Assembly (NCBI GenBank): GCA_001179505.1
Contig: CDMY01000239.1
Coordinates: forward strand, 89,737-153,736
DNA length: 64,000 nucleotides
DNA from: Vitrella brassicaformis CCMP3155
Lineage: Eukaryota > Protista > Chromerida
Direction of reading: 5' to 3'
Within the stretch, counting starts at the first letter, position 1. The number at the start of each line of letters is the position of its first letter. The position numbers and the translations under genes were made by a program. Shown piece after piece: positions 14,766 through 27,154 of the stretch. Under the pieces are notes generated by a model. That model made no database searches. It saw only the letters and a program-made list of their open reading frames with translations, and was not told the origin of the DNA.

Positions 14766-15510
14766 TGGCCGCCTACGTAAGTACCGCCGAGTGCGTGTGG
14801 AGAGGGGAGAGAGACTTTTACATACATACACATAGTGCGGTGCGTACATGGTGTGTGGCTCCATGCGTCAACGAGTGCGAGTGCGATTGTGGGTGGATTC
14901 GCTGCCAACCTGCCTGCCTGCCTGACGGCCGGCTCGACTGAGTGAATGAGTGCAGGCTGACTGGAAGATCGACTCACTCAGTCAGTCAGTCACTCAACTG
15001 TGCATGACTGACCAAGTGACAAGAATGGCTGGCCGCTGCCTTTTCCTGCATCCATTCAATGAAATCTACCTGCTGCAAGATAAGATCCCTCCCTGCTCAA
15101 GCTCAGCTCCCATACACACAAATTGGCCAGGGATGTGGGAGTGACGATACATACACACACTAAGTCTGGATGCATGTGTGACGGTGCCGACTGGATTGCC
15201 TCATCTAATGCATGCGTCAACTGACACCCACTGATTGCATGTGATTCGACACGCAGGCACACAACACACCGGTCCATACGCACACACACGCACAATCGGG
15301 GGCTGTCGGTACAAAACTCGATGAATTCCATCCGTCCATCCGTCCATCCGCTACCCATGTATGCCACCACATATCACCACCGGCGCCAGCACTAGGCCCA
15401 TCTGATGGGACGAGACAGGCAACAGACGGTTCTCATGTGTTGATTTTCCCGTGCAGCGCTGTGTGCCGCCCTTTCCCTCCCTCCTCGCACCTGCTCGACG
15501 GTCGATCCCA

Positions 15511-17522
15511 TCACTGTATGCGGCGCTTCGCGTGCAGCACGTTGCCGGCCATGTAAAGCCGACACGGTCCGCCATTGAGATTGAGGTGGGCGGACTGCGA
15601 CTGGAGCCGCTGGCGGAATCGGTCGGCAGCGTCGAAGTTTCTGAAGGTCCGTGTGAAGACGACTTCGGTGTTCTTGTGACGCTACACATAGCCAAAGCAC
15701 AGTCGTCTGTCCACACCATCCCCCTCTGCTGCTCCTTATCGTGTGTTGTGGAATGGCTGGCGGACCTTCAGCTCTGTGGACGAAACGACCAGGTCCATGA
15801 CGTTCATGTAGAACTCATCAAAATGGGCATCGCCATCCAAGTTGCCTGTCACAGACACAGACGCGCACACACACACGTAATATGTCTGCCACTGTAAGGC
15901 GCTCCACCAATGTGACATCTGTGCCTCCCCCTCATCCTTACCACGAATCTTCATACGCACGGTCTCGACACTGGGCATCTCGTCAAGGCGGCGTCACAGG
16001 AAGGGGCTCGCCGCAGCGTCAGCCACCTGGCTGCCCGCAGCGTCAGCCACCCGGCTGCCCTGCTTCAGCTCGGCCGCTAGGTCTCCAGCCGACGTCAGCT
16101 CGAGGGACACCTTGCCCACGCTCCTCTCGCCCTCCCCCCTGCTGACCCACTCTGACTGCAGCCCCTCCAGGAAGCCCCACACCTTGAACAGCGGCCCGAC
16201 AGTTGCTGCCGAGATTGTGGTCAGGTTGGGCATGTGCGAGGCCACCTCGATCGCCCGCCTCTTCTTGTCTTCGGTCGCGAGAGCACCGTGTCCGAGAATG
16301 AGCTCGTGGGCGGCGGAGAATGTGTCGTCAGTGATGGGTGCGGGGTGGGGCTCGTCGTGCCCGTCGTAGGTGACGGTGGTGGCCGTCTTGGTGAAGTGGG
16401 CCAGCACCTTGTGGACGGCGGGTTCTGTGGTACCGGACAGGAGCTCCACCTTGGTCAGTCTGTAGCCGCCACTCCAGTCGATGGTGGGCTCGGACAGGGC
16501 CGCTGGCTGTGCCACCGCGTCCCTAAGTGACCACAGAAACACACACCACAGCACCGCTTTACTTTTGCTCTCTGTTTTTGTCGCATCTCGTACTTCTCAC
16601 CTCAGCTGGACGGCGCGCCTCAGCTTCTCTATTCGATCACCACCGTGAGCGTCAGCAAAGAACCAAACCGGCCAGACGGTGAGTCGGAGGCTGCGAAGCT
16701 GCCGACGAACGCCCCTGGCCACGAGCGCCTCACGGAGCTTGTCGGTGTCCTCGGCGCCACCCAACTCGAGGTGGAGGGTGTGGAGGGCACTGAGCGACCT
16801 CCCGTCCGGCAGCTCACTCACCGGACTGGCGACCATCGCAGTGCCATTACTAATCAGCACCTCAAGCCTCTCCGAGCAGTCGGCCAGCCATGCCTTGACA
16901 CCATTGCCGCTGGAGAACAAGCGACAGCTGTGGCTGAATGCCTTGACGTTCGGTGTCCGCCAGTTGCGGCCCACGCGAGCGGCCGCGTACTCGTTGGGGA
17001 TGTCCTTGACGGTCGTGAGTGCGGGGAGGCGGACGGGGGCGGAGGGGACGGGCGGCAAATCAGATGAGGGCGGAGGGTTGGGGATGTAACTGCTGCGGTC
17101 CAGCCCGACGTCCTCGAAGGTCAGCACCTCCAGTGTGCCCTCATCGTCCGACGGCTTGTCACCGCCGTCCACTGCTGCAGCAGCAGCAGCCGCACCATCG
17201 CCTCCCTGCTGCCGACTCTTCTCCTTGGCGGCCGCCAGTGCCGCTCGACCGCCCGCATGACCCTCTACGAGACTCACCCAAGTGCCCCGGCACCACTTCC
17301 GCGCGTAGTCGAGGCCGCGGGGATAGCGGTGCTTGAGCTGGCGAATGCTTGTGGCCCTCTCGCCCCACTTGTGTGCCACAGGGATGGGCATGGCCTCCCA
17401 CATGCGCCTCGAGTGGCCGTCCTCGTAGTCGATGCTGATGTGGCTGTAGTTGGCGGCCGACTGGGTGAATAGGGACGTGCCGAGTGCGGGGCGGATCGGG
17501 GTCAGCTCCCAGGGCTGCAGGT
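15511..17522 (-). pseudogene. lineage-specific family copy A; in-frame TGA at 15994-15996; 5' end falls in the gap
   Basis: Paralog of the copy at 57.3-60.2 kb. Copy C reads ASPFL-W(TGG)-SRLEKMPSVETV, while copy A reads ASPFL-*(TGA)-RRLDEMPSVETV. Last exon RHKNTEVVFTRTF...AKRRIQ*. Confidence 0.6.
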
Positions 17523-17822
17523 NNNNNNNNNNNNNNNNNNNNNNNNNNNNNNNNNNNNNNNNNNNNNNNNNNNNNNNNNNNNNNNNNNNNNNNNNNNNNN
17601 NNNNNNNNNNNNNNNNNNNNNNNNNNNNNNNNNNNNNNNNNNNNNNNNNNNNNNNNNNNNNNNNNNNNNNNNNNNNNNNNNNNNNNNNNNNNNNNNNNNN
17701 NNNNNNNNNNNNNNNNNNNNNNNNNNNNNNNNNNNNNNNNNNNNNNNNNNNNNNNNNNNNNNNNNNNNNNNNNNNNNNNNNNNNNNNNNNNNNNNNNNNN
17801 NNNNNNNNNNNNNNNNNNNNNN
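17523..17822. other. assembly gap (300 N, probably placeholder size)
   Basis: Run of N. All three gaps in the window are exactly 300 long. Confidence 0.99.
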
Positions 17823-20110
17823 CCACTCTGACTGCAGCCCCTCCAGGAAGCCCCACACCTTCGACAGCGGCCCGACCCCGCCCGTCAGGACGCCGTGCTG
17901 CGTGATCGGATGCACCTGCACGTGCGCTGCCGAGATTGTGGTCAGGTTGGGCATGTGCGAGGCCACCTCGATCGCCCGCCTCTTCTTGTCTTCGGTCGCG
18001 AGAGCATCGTCTCTGAGACGAAACTCGTGGGCGGCGGGGAATGTGTCGTCACTGATGGGTGCGGGGTGGGGCTCGTCGTGCCCGTCGTAGGTGAGGGTGG
18101 CGGCCGTCTTGGCGAGATGGGCCAGCACCTTCTGGACGGCGGGTTCTGTGGTACCGGACAGGAGCTTCACCTTGGTTTGTCCGTGTCCGCCACCCCAGTC
18201 GATGGTGGGCTCGGACAGGGCCGCTGGCTGCGCTATTGCATCCCTAAGTGACCACAGAAACACACACCACAGCACCGCTTTACTGTTGCTCTCTGTTTTT
18301 GTCGCATCTCGTACTTCTCACCTCAGCTGGACGGCGCTCCTCAGCTTCTCCACTTGACCAGCATCGTCACGAACCGACAAGATGTTCAAGTCGGAGGCTG
18401 CGAAGCTGTCGACGAACGCCCTTGGCCACCAGCGCCTCACGGAGCATGTCGGTGTCCTCGGCCTCATCCAAGTCGAGCTGGAGGGTGTGGAGGGCACTGA
18501 GCGACCTCCCGGCGGGCAGCTCACTCACCGCACTGGCGACCATCGCAGTGCCACGATAACCACTGGTCAGCACCTCGATCGTCTCGCAGCAGTCGGCCAG
18601 CCATGCCTTGAAACCATTGCGGCCACTGGACAAGCCACAGCTGTGGCTGAATGTCTTCACATTAGGTGTCTGCCAGCTGCGGCCCACGCGAGCGGCCGCA
18701 CACTCGTTGGGGATGTCCTTGACGGTCGTGAGTGCGGGGAGGCGGACGGGGGCGGAGGGGACGGGCGGCAAATCAGATGAGGGCGGAGGGTTGGGGATGT
18801 AACTGCTGTGGTGCAGCCCGACGTCCTCGAAGGTCAGCACCTCCAGTGTGCCCTCATCGTCCGACGGCTTGTCACCGCCGTCCACTGCTGCAGCAGCAGC
18901 AGCCGCACCATCGCCTCCCTGCTGCCGACTCTTCTCCTTGGCGGCCGCCAGTGCCGCTCGACCGCCCGCATGACCCTCTACGAGACTCACCCAAGTGCCC
19001 CGGCACCACTTCCGCGCGTAGTCGAGGCCGCGGGGATAGCGGTGCTTGAGCTGGCGAATGCTTGTGGCCCTCTCGCCCCACTTGTGTGCCACAGGGATGG
19101 GCATGGCCTCCCACATGCGCCTCGAGTGGCCGTCCTCGTAGTCGATGCTGATGTGGCTGTAGTTGGCGGCCGACTGGGTGAATAGGGACGTGCCGAGTGC
19201 GGGGCGGATCGGGGTCAGCTCCCAGGGCTGCAGGTGGCCGAAGACGTTGGAGAGTGCGTCACGGGAGAGGCAACGACGAGCCTGAAATGGCACAGGCAGG
19301 CAGACACACAGACAGGCAGAGAGGATGGCTGAGAGTGCTACGGCTGAGAGATGGTCTTGGCCATACCGGTCCTTCTAGGGGGGCAGGTTGCCCGTCTTCT
19401 TGATGAGGCGATACGACGTGCGACGGGGCGGCACCTGCAACCAACACACAACAGGGAGGACGTGGATGAGGCTGTTTCTCTGCTTGTGTGGTCGTCTGTA
19501 CCTCTGGCTCGTGGTTGGTTTCTTCTGCTACTGCTGGTGCTGCTGCTGCTGCTGCTGCTGCTGCTGGGGAGGAGGTGGTGGTAGTGGTGGCCGTGAGTGC
19601 ACCCACTGCCGTCGACAGTACCGGGGCAGCGGTCGACAGCTGTGCTATGGAGGCGTCGAAATGGCTTCCCAGGAGGGACAATTGAAGCTGCAGCGACGCA
19701 CCAGATGACGCCTGTGAAGGGTGGGCAGCAGATAACACACAGAGAGAAATGACCGGTGGGTCTGTTTGCTGTGGATACTGACAGGTGTGAGTTTGATGTG
19801 CGTCACCTCTGCCGCCGTGAGATTAGACTGGTCGAGTTGGCCGATTTGCGATAGACAAGAACCCACCTGAACCACACCAGCCACATGCTCGCGATGCTCT
19901 GCACTGGCGAGCCAATATCAGTGGTGCCTTTCGTCACCTGAGAGCAAAGTTGCTGCAGCCGCGCCAGGCTTTGTCCAACAGCCGCCGCCTGATCCTTCAA
20001 CTGCACGACAGACAAGACACACAACACGGCACAGGCCTCTGTGTCCCCCACGTCCGTTTTGACATGTGCTGCTCGTCATTCACCGACCCCCTGCGTCGAA
20101 TCCATGACGA
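17823..20110 (-). CDS. lineage-specific family copy B (coiled-coil-like N-terminus, weak F-box-like segment LSRDALSNVFGHLQPWEL); 3' end lost in the gap; start uncertain
   Basis: 308-aa open exon at 18367-19293 plus exons homologous to copies A and C. No confident domain assignment. Confidence 0.6.
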
Positions 20111-20546
20111 TGTGCTAAACCGACTCGTCCGCTGCCTCGAGCCACTCACACACCAACAGCCGTGCACCACTTCTCAACGCTCCGTCAGGTGAAGGCTCAG
20201 ATCTGCAACACACACCATCCACAGCAGCCACAAACAGACACCATCAACGAACAGACAGACACCAGCCAGCCATCCATTCCATCCATCCCTCCCGCCCCTC
20301 GTGCACTCAGTAATCATCTCACCCGAACTGAGCCGAACACGGTCGTGAAAAGCTTCAACGTCTGTGCAGTGGTGCAATATCGACGGTCGCCAGCTGTGGC
20401 CTCCCTCACAGTGGCCGAGGCGCCGGGAGCGGAGCGATGAGAATGTTGAAACGTCGTCAAAACAGAGGTCGGCCGCTGGTGGACTCATCCATTCTGTCAG
20501 ACCAGCCGCTACATGGCCTGACACGCCCCAAAGAGTTCATTCCCTA

Positions 20547-20596
20547 TTTCAGCGATCGCGAGCTCTTTCAGCGATCGCGAGCTCAGGGGCGAGCTC
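20547..20596 (+). promoter_or_regulatory. triple GCGAGCTC motif including a 19-bp tandem duplication (TTTCAGCGATCGCGAGCTC x2) upstream of the MFS gene
   Basis: Motif copies at 20558, 20577 and 20589, within 100 bp of the ATG at 20650. Confidence 0.5.
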
Positions 20597-20649
20597 GAAA
20601 ATCCGCTCGCCTTCGTTGAAGAGCGCAACAGGGAGCATCATCACTCACC

Positions 20650-21610
20650 ATGGAGAAGGCGACCCACCGCTTGGCTCCCTCGGGCCATCAGAGCCTCACG
20701 AATCCATCGTCGGCCGACGCATCCCTGAGTACCAATGAGTCGAGCTTGAAGCCGCCGACGTTCTTCTCCAGTGCAGTGGCGTCGATGGCCCACTGCCCGC
20801 GTGAGCTGTGGCTGATTTTCCTCCTCAAGTACCTCGAGTCGTACGCCTACTTCGTCTTCTCCTACACGCTCATTCTCTTCCTCTCGGACGAGTTCGGCTT
20901 CACCGACGAGGAGGCCGGCCTGGCGTACGGCATCTTCGGCATGCTCGTGTCCGTCTACGGCTTTGTCATCGGCATCATCATCGATATCCTGGGGGTCAAG
21001 TGGAGCCTCGTGGGCGGCACAGCCATACTCTTCTGCTCCCGACTGATGCTCACCTTCACCACCGACGTCCACGTCCTGACGCTCATTCTCTTCACGGCAC
21101 TGCCTGTGGGCTCGGCCATGGGCATCCCCGTCATGCAGGTCAGCTGGGGTGGGGGAGGGAAAGAACCGAATCGATGCAGGCCCGACAGTGATGCTGACGA
21201 TGCGATACGATGTGTGTGTGTTGTGTGTGTTGTTGTGCGGTGTGTTCAGATTGGCATTCGGCGGTACACTGACGAGGGCAACAGGAGCCTGGGCTACTCC
21301 ATCTTCTACGTTATGATGAACCTCGCAGCCATATGCGCTGCACCGGCAATTGGTAACACCCCTCCCCACACACACAGCCATGGACACAGACATTCACACA
21401 CACGAAGCACATCTATATGTGTCGGTGTGTGCAGATGCCTTCCACGAGGCCTTTCCGACGGGCGTGGCCATCGCGTTCGGCGCCCGCACTTACAGGATAT
21501 CCTCATTCAGGCTGCTCATATTCACCGGGGCCGTCATGACCCTCGTCAGGTCAGCCAGGCACACACAGGGCACGAACACACACCAGACTGCAGAGAGAGG
21601 CCATTGTGTG

Positions 21611-21645
<35 letters not shown>

Positions 21646-23657
21646 ATGTGTGTGTGTTCCATGCAGTTTCGGCATATCGCTGACGTGCATGCGGGAGGTG
21701 TCGATGTCGCCACAGGGGCTGGTCTACAGAGATACGGGCCGGGAGAAGGCCACACGCGACACAAACACCCAGCAGAAGGGGCCCTTCGGCGCATTCAAGT
21801 GAGCCATCTAGAGGGGAGGATGTTTGCTGGGCCATGTGTCTGTGTCCATGTATGTGTGTGTGCATCAGGGATGTGTTGAACCACCCCAGCTTCTGGCGGT
21901 TCTTTTTGCTGGTGGTGTTGCTGTTGGGCGTGCGCATCATATACCGACACCTCGACGCAACCTTCCCAAAATACATGGTGGGAAGGGCACCTCACACACA
22001 CAGAGAGAGGAGCATACGCACCCCGATGGGTGCTCATATGTGTGTGTATGTGTGTATGTGTGTGTTTAGGTGCGTGAGTTCGGCAAGGATGTCATGTTCG
22101 GGTCGATCATCGCCATCAACCCCCTGTGCGTGGCCATAGTGGTGCCCCTCCTCGCACCGCTCAACATGCGCCTCCACCCACTACAGATGATAATCGTCGG
22201 CGCGTCGCTCTCCGCGCTCTCGCCCTTCCTCCTCGCCATGGGACACACCTACACCACTGCCATTGGGTCAGCCAGGGAGGGAGGGAGGGGCCGCTGTTGT
22301 CAATCTCTCTCTCTCTCTCTCTCTGTGTGTGTAGGTTTGTGACCCTCCTGTCGTTGGGCGAGGCGATTTGGTCTCCGCGATTCTACGAGTACACCGTCAC
22401 CATTGCCGAAAAGGTTAGTAGACGAGGAGGTGGCGGTGGCGGGGAGGCAACGCAGCACAGACATATCACATGAGTGTCCCCCTCTGTCTGTCTGTGTGTG
22501 GTTTGTGGTGTGTGATTGATTGATCAGGGTCGTGAGGGCACTTACATGGCGCTGGCGTCGACGCCCATGTTCATGGCCACACTAGTGACGGGCGCCATGT
22601 CGGGCTGGCTGCTCGACACGTTCTGCCCAGAGACCGGTGCGCACAGACACAGGCAACCAACCCTTTACTGTACTTGGTCACTCGACACGTGTGCGTGGTG
22701 CAGGCTCGCGTCACTCCGAGATGATGTGGTTCATCGTGGGCTGCGTGAGCATCACATCGCCGCTCGGCATGGTGCTCCTCTACGAGATTATCGAAGAAAA
22801 GGTCACACTCGCGCACACACACTCGCCCTCTCACACACCTTGTCGCACGCCCAAGGCGCCGTGTGTGTGTGTGTGTGTGTGCAGGCTCACCGTGTGCACT
22901 CTGCCTCGTCAGTGCAACTAAAGCTGACGGCCGACGAGCGTGAGCAGGAGAGCCTTCCCAGCGACAGCCGCCATGTGGATGGGCTGCTTAAGAGCTCCAA
23001 CTCGGTCCCTCGCCTGTCTGCCTACGCCACTCTGCCGTCGACCGTCACGGCCACTGACCTGAGCACCAGCATCACGACGGAAGAGGTCAAACCACACACA
23101 CACACAGAGAGACAGCACTCTCCAACCACAGAGCGCATGATATCTGCCTGCCTGCCTGCCTGTGTGTTGGTCCTCAGCCTGTCGCCGTCGTCACCACCGC
23201 CACCACCGAGAAGACCGGCCTGTTGGCCTTTCCACCCACCAGCAATAAGAGGAGGGACAACCACAGTGCGAACGACCACCACCACCTCATTCACCGCCGC
23301 AGAGCCGACGACACACAGACGGCGGCCGCGCCCATCGAGGCCATCATCCCCGACCCGCTGTACAGCAAATATGACAAGGGGCCGGCTGACACCGTCAAGG
23401 CGGTGGCGGGAAGGCCGCCCTGCCCACACGGGGTCAGTTTCAACAGCACGGCTCCGGCCACCGATGAGAGTGAGATGCTGGAGTCGGGCACTGGGGGGAG
23501 CGGGGAAAGCTTCGGGTACCCACTCGCTGCCCACAAACTAGGTACGTGGAGTGCCGCCCACACACACGCAAATTCTTGCGCGCCCGCCGGATGCATGCCT
23601 GCTGTGTGTTGTGTTGTGTGTTGTCTTTTGCTGGGTGCAGTTGATCGCTGTGCATAG
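20650..23657 (+). CDS. MFS transporter, POT/PTR-like, multi-exon
   Basis: ELWLIFLLKYLESYAYFVFSYTLILFLSDEFGFTDEEAGLAYG, IGIRRYT...RSLGYSIFYVMMNLAA, SLGEAIWSPRFYEY and GREGTYMALASTPMF. About 12 hydrophobic segments and a long C-terminal tail. Confidence 0.9.
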
Positions 23658-24584
23658 GTAGGTAGGGAGATAGCTGGGGCGGCGGCGGTGTTGCTGCTGC
23701 TGTTTTGTGTGCATCGAATGAACGGTCCATCGATCGCACCAACGGTCGGCAGCGCAGTGGAGTCACAACATGCTCGGGCCAGCTCGGCTCCACACCGATG
23801 CGATCGATCACGGCAGACCTTGCTCAACAGACAGAGAGAAGGGAGGGTGTGTGAGGGGTGTCGTGTCGACGATTGCTTAGCAGCATCAGCCGTGCTGGCG
23901 TCGTGGTGTCTTTCTTATTCCCTGTGCGAGTGTGCATGTCTGTCTGTGGGGCATTCATTCACTCACTCATTTCTTTCTTTCATTCTGTGTACATACATAC
24001 ATCATACATACATGCAGACGTTTGGGTGTCTATAAATAGTCAGTCAGTACGGGAGAGGCATTAACGACGTGTTGGTTGCTCTCTCTGCGGGGGGTGGTCC
24101 ATCCATCCCATTCATGTATAGGGGGGAGGGGCTGCTGCCTGCATGGCATGGCATGGCATGGCACACTGGAGTGCTCTGCGTGTGTCATGTATCGGTCCAT
24201 TGGATGAACATTATCCATGCGTGTGCGTGTTTGCGTAGGGGGAGGGAGGGAACTGATCATGACAATGGCTTTCTCAGAGGCCAGGGTCAAGGGTTCCTCA
24301 GTCTACGGGTTTGGGTAAGGCATCGTGAAAGCGAATAGAATCCTGCCTTTTTCCCTTCGGTTCGGTCCTTTTCGCGCTTTCCGAGATCTCTGCCACCTCT
24401 TTCGGCACGTCAGCTCTCGGTTGCGTGCCTTTCGCCCCAGCGCCCACCCCACCGTGCTCACCTCTCAGCCCCTCCAAGTCACCCGCCAGTCGAGGAGGCC
24501 GCGTAGGACGCCACTCAGGGCTCCGCTGACCGCCGGATCTGCGCTCCCCTCCCGCATCGCACGCCGTCCTCAACTCTCGCCAAG

Positions 24585-27117
24585 ATGTCTGTCAGAGAGC
24601 TGCTCGACAGCAACGTCGTGCGGCGTGACCGGTTCGGAGGAGATGGAGGGCACTACGACGGGCAGAACCGGAACGCCAAGGCCATCAGGGCGCTGACCAA
24701 CCTCGTTAAAGGTACGTGGGGATGCATGCGACACAACATGCACTGTGTTTGGGTGTGGGTGGTGGTGCGGGCGTGTGGCGGTGGGACAAGTCGTGAGACG
24801 GGCTGAGACAGATGTGGGTGTGACGGGCGGGAGGGTGGGGGTGTGTGGTGTGGCGGTTTGGACGCGTGGTGTGTGACCCTTGTGTGTCTGTGTGTGCATG
24901 TGTGTGGGTGTCGGTTTCAGTCACCGTTGGCGCCAAGGAGAAGGGCCAGGAACCCCAACTGCACATCTACTCAATCAAGTGAGAGCACTGGACATGCACT
25001 GACCGACCGACTGAGTGGTTGAATGGCCTCCTTCTCTCTCTGTGTGGGTGCAGGTTCCACCCACCTCTGCCAGGTAGGTGTGGGTGTGGCGGCGGTGTGG
25101 GGAGGTGTGTATCGGCTGTGTGGCGTGTCCATCTGTGTGGGGCGGTCGTGCAGGTGACTTCCGCGTCCAGTCGAAGATCATCAACACGGCCGGAGCTGAC
25201 GGCATCAAGACCGAACTCCGACAACTCAACCTCAACGGACCCCTCTTCACCGTACGCACACACCGCCCCGCCCCCAACACGCCCACACACACACACCCCT
25301 GCACAGCTGCCTGTTTCTCTCTCTCTCTCTCTCTCTCTCTGTGGTGTGTGTGGATGCGTGTACACACCTGCCTGCAGGGGACGGCGTTGCTGACGATCAA
25401 CCCGACGGGCTGGGAGGGCCAGCGCGAGGCAAAGACCTTCGACAAGGTCCTGGGCGGCACCAACACGACGGTGGAGGTTGCGTGGAGGGTGGCCGTGTCC
25501 CTCTCGCCCATGGCCATCACCCCGCAGACCCACTCTGACGAACGAATCCGCGCTAAGATGATCAACGCACAGGTGGGTGCCGNNNNNNNNNNNNNNNNNN
25601 NNNNNNNNNNNNNNNNNNNNNNNNNNNNNNNNNNNNNNNNNNNNNNNNNNNNNNNNNNNNNNNNNNNNNNNNNNNNNNNNNNNNNNNNNNNNNNNNNNNN
25701 NNNNNNNNNNNNNNNNNNNNNNNNNNNNNNNNNNNNNNNNNNNNNNNNNNNNNNNNNNNNNNNNNNNNNNNNNNNNNNNNNNNNNNNNNNNNNNNNNNNN
25801 NNNNNNNNNNNNNNNNNNNNNNNNNNNNNNNNNNNNNNNNNNNNNNNNNNNNNNNNNNNNNNNNNNNNNNNNNNNNNNNNNNGGGGGGGGGGGGGGGGTG
25901 TGGTGGTCATGTCTTGTGTTGTGTCTGCCTGGGTTGTGTGCAGAGTTTCTTCGTCGACAATGCCGTGCGCTCGGCGCTACGCGCCAACGAAGTCCTGCAT
26001 CAGCTGCGCGACAGCTTCTACAAGTACGTGTGTGTGTCGTTGGCCACCACACACCACACCGCACCTCACCGCACACCAATCCCATCCCATTGTGTCTGTG
26101 CGTCTGTGTGGTTTGCCGGACAGGTTGCATGAGGCGCGTGACATCTCGGTGACGCAGGCGCTCAAGCTCTCCCTCGCCAAGGGGTTCAAGACGGTAGGTC
26201 GACTCTCGAGGTTCGCCATGATTGGGGGCGGTGTGGGCCCCTTGGGGTCGAATCGCGGGACACGCCATACAGATTGGGAGGCTGCATGTGGTGGTTGGTT
26301 GATTCAGGCGGCGTTGTCCATCGCCCGCGGCCCCCATGTCGCGCTGGCACTCAACCACCTGTGGGCCCTCAACTGCACACACACATACACATACACGCAA
26401 CACATACCATCACACTGATCATATGTGAGTGTCTGTCTGTCTGCCTGTCGTCTGTGTGTGTGTGTGTGTGTGTGCAGCATCAGTCAGTACCGACACCTGC
26501 GACAGACAGACAGACAGACAGACCCCCACATGTGATCAATGTGATGGGATGTGTTGTGTTGTGTGTCTGTGCGTATGTGTGTGTGCAGTTGAGGGCGAGG
26601 CCCGCAAGTTGATAGAGGACATCTACAGCCGCACCAGCGGCACTGTGCAAGAGAAACGACAGGCCGTCAAGGAGGCACTCGAGGGACGGTACGCACACAC
26701 ACACAGAGAGACAGACAGACAGACACTCGCGCGTGTGTGTGTGTTGTGCAGCACCATCACGACCAGCCACGTCAAGCAGGCCTACACCATCGTACGCACA
26801 CACGCCTCACACACTCACTCACTCACTCACTCAGTCACCCACCCACACTCACACGCGCACATCTGTGCTGTGCTGTGCTGTGCTGTGGTGGATGCAGCAC
26901 GAGATCGACTACACCAAGACAGCCGACAGGTCACACAAACAAACACCGCAGTCGATACGATAAACCAATAATGCATTGAGTCACTGTCTCCCTGTGAGTG
27001 TGTGTGTGTGTGTGCATTCCTGCTCACTGGCTGCAGTTTGTTTGAGTCGGGCGGCGTTCAGACATCGTTCAGAACAGTGAGCAGAACACGCTCATGGATG
27101 GATGGATGGATGGGTGG

Positions 27118-27154
<37 letters not shown>

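Larger units (their letters stand above)
15164..20535 (-). repeat. left arm of a large inverted segmental duplication (partner ~56853-60632), containing two tandem gene copies
   Basis: The reverse complement matches the right arm in coding, intronic, upstream (20370-20535 vs 56853-57010) and downstream (15164-15740 vs ~60050-60632) sequence. Confidence 0.92.

Noticed and set aside
7204-20110. Functional link between RPN2 and the adjacent F-box-like family
   Set aside because: The F-box assignment is weak, and the same family also sits next to unrelated genes, so adjacency is uninformative.
24315-24355. Possible small ncRNA (GAAA tetraloop followed by a T-run)
   Set aside because: Only a 4-bp stem and no recognisable RNA family; expected by chance.
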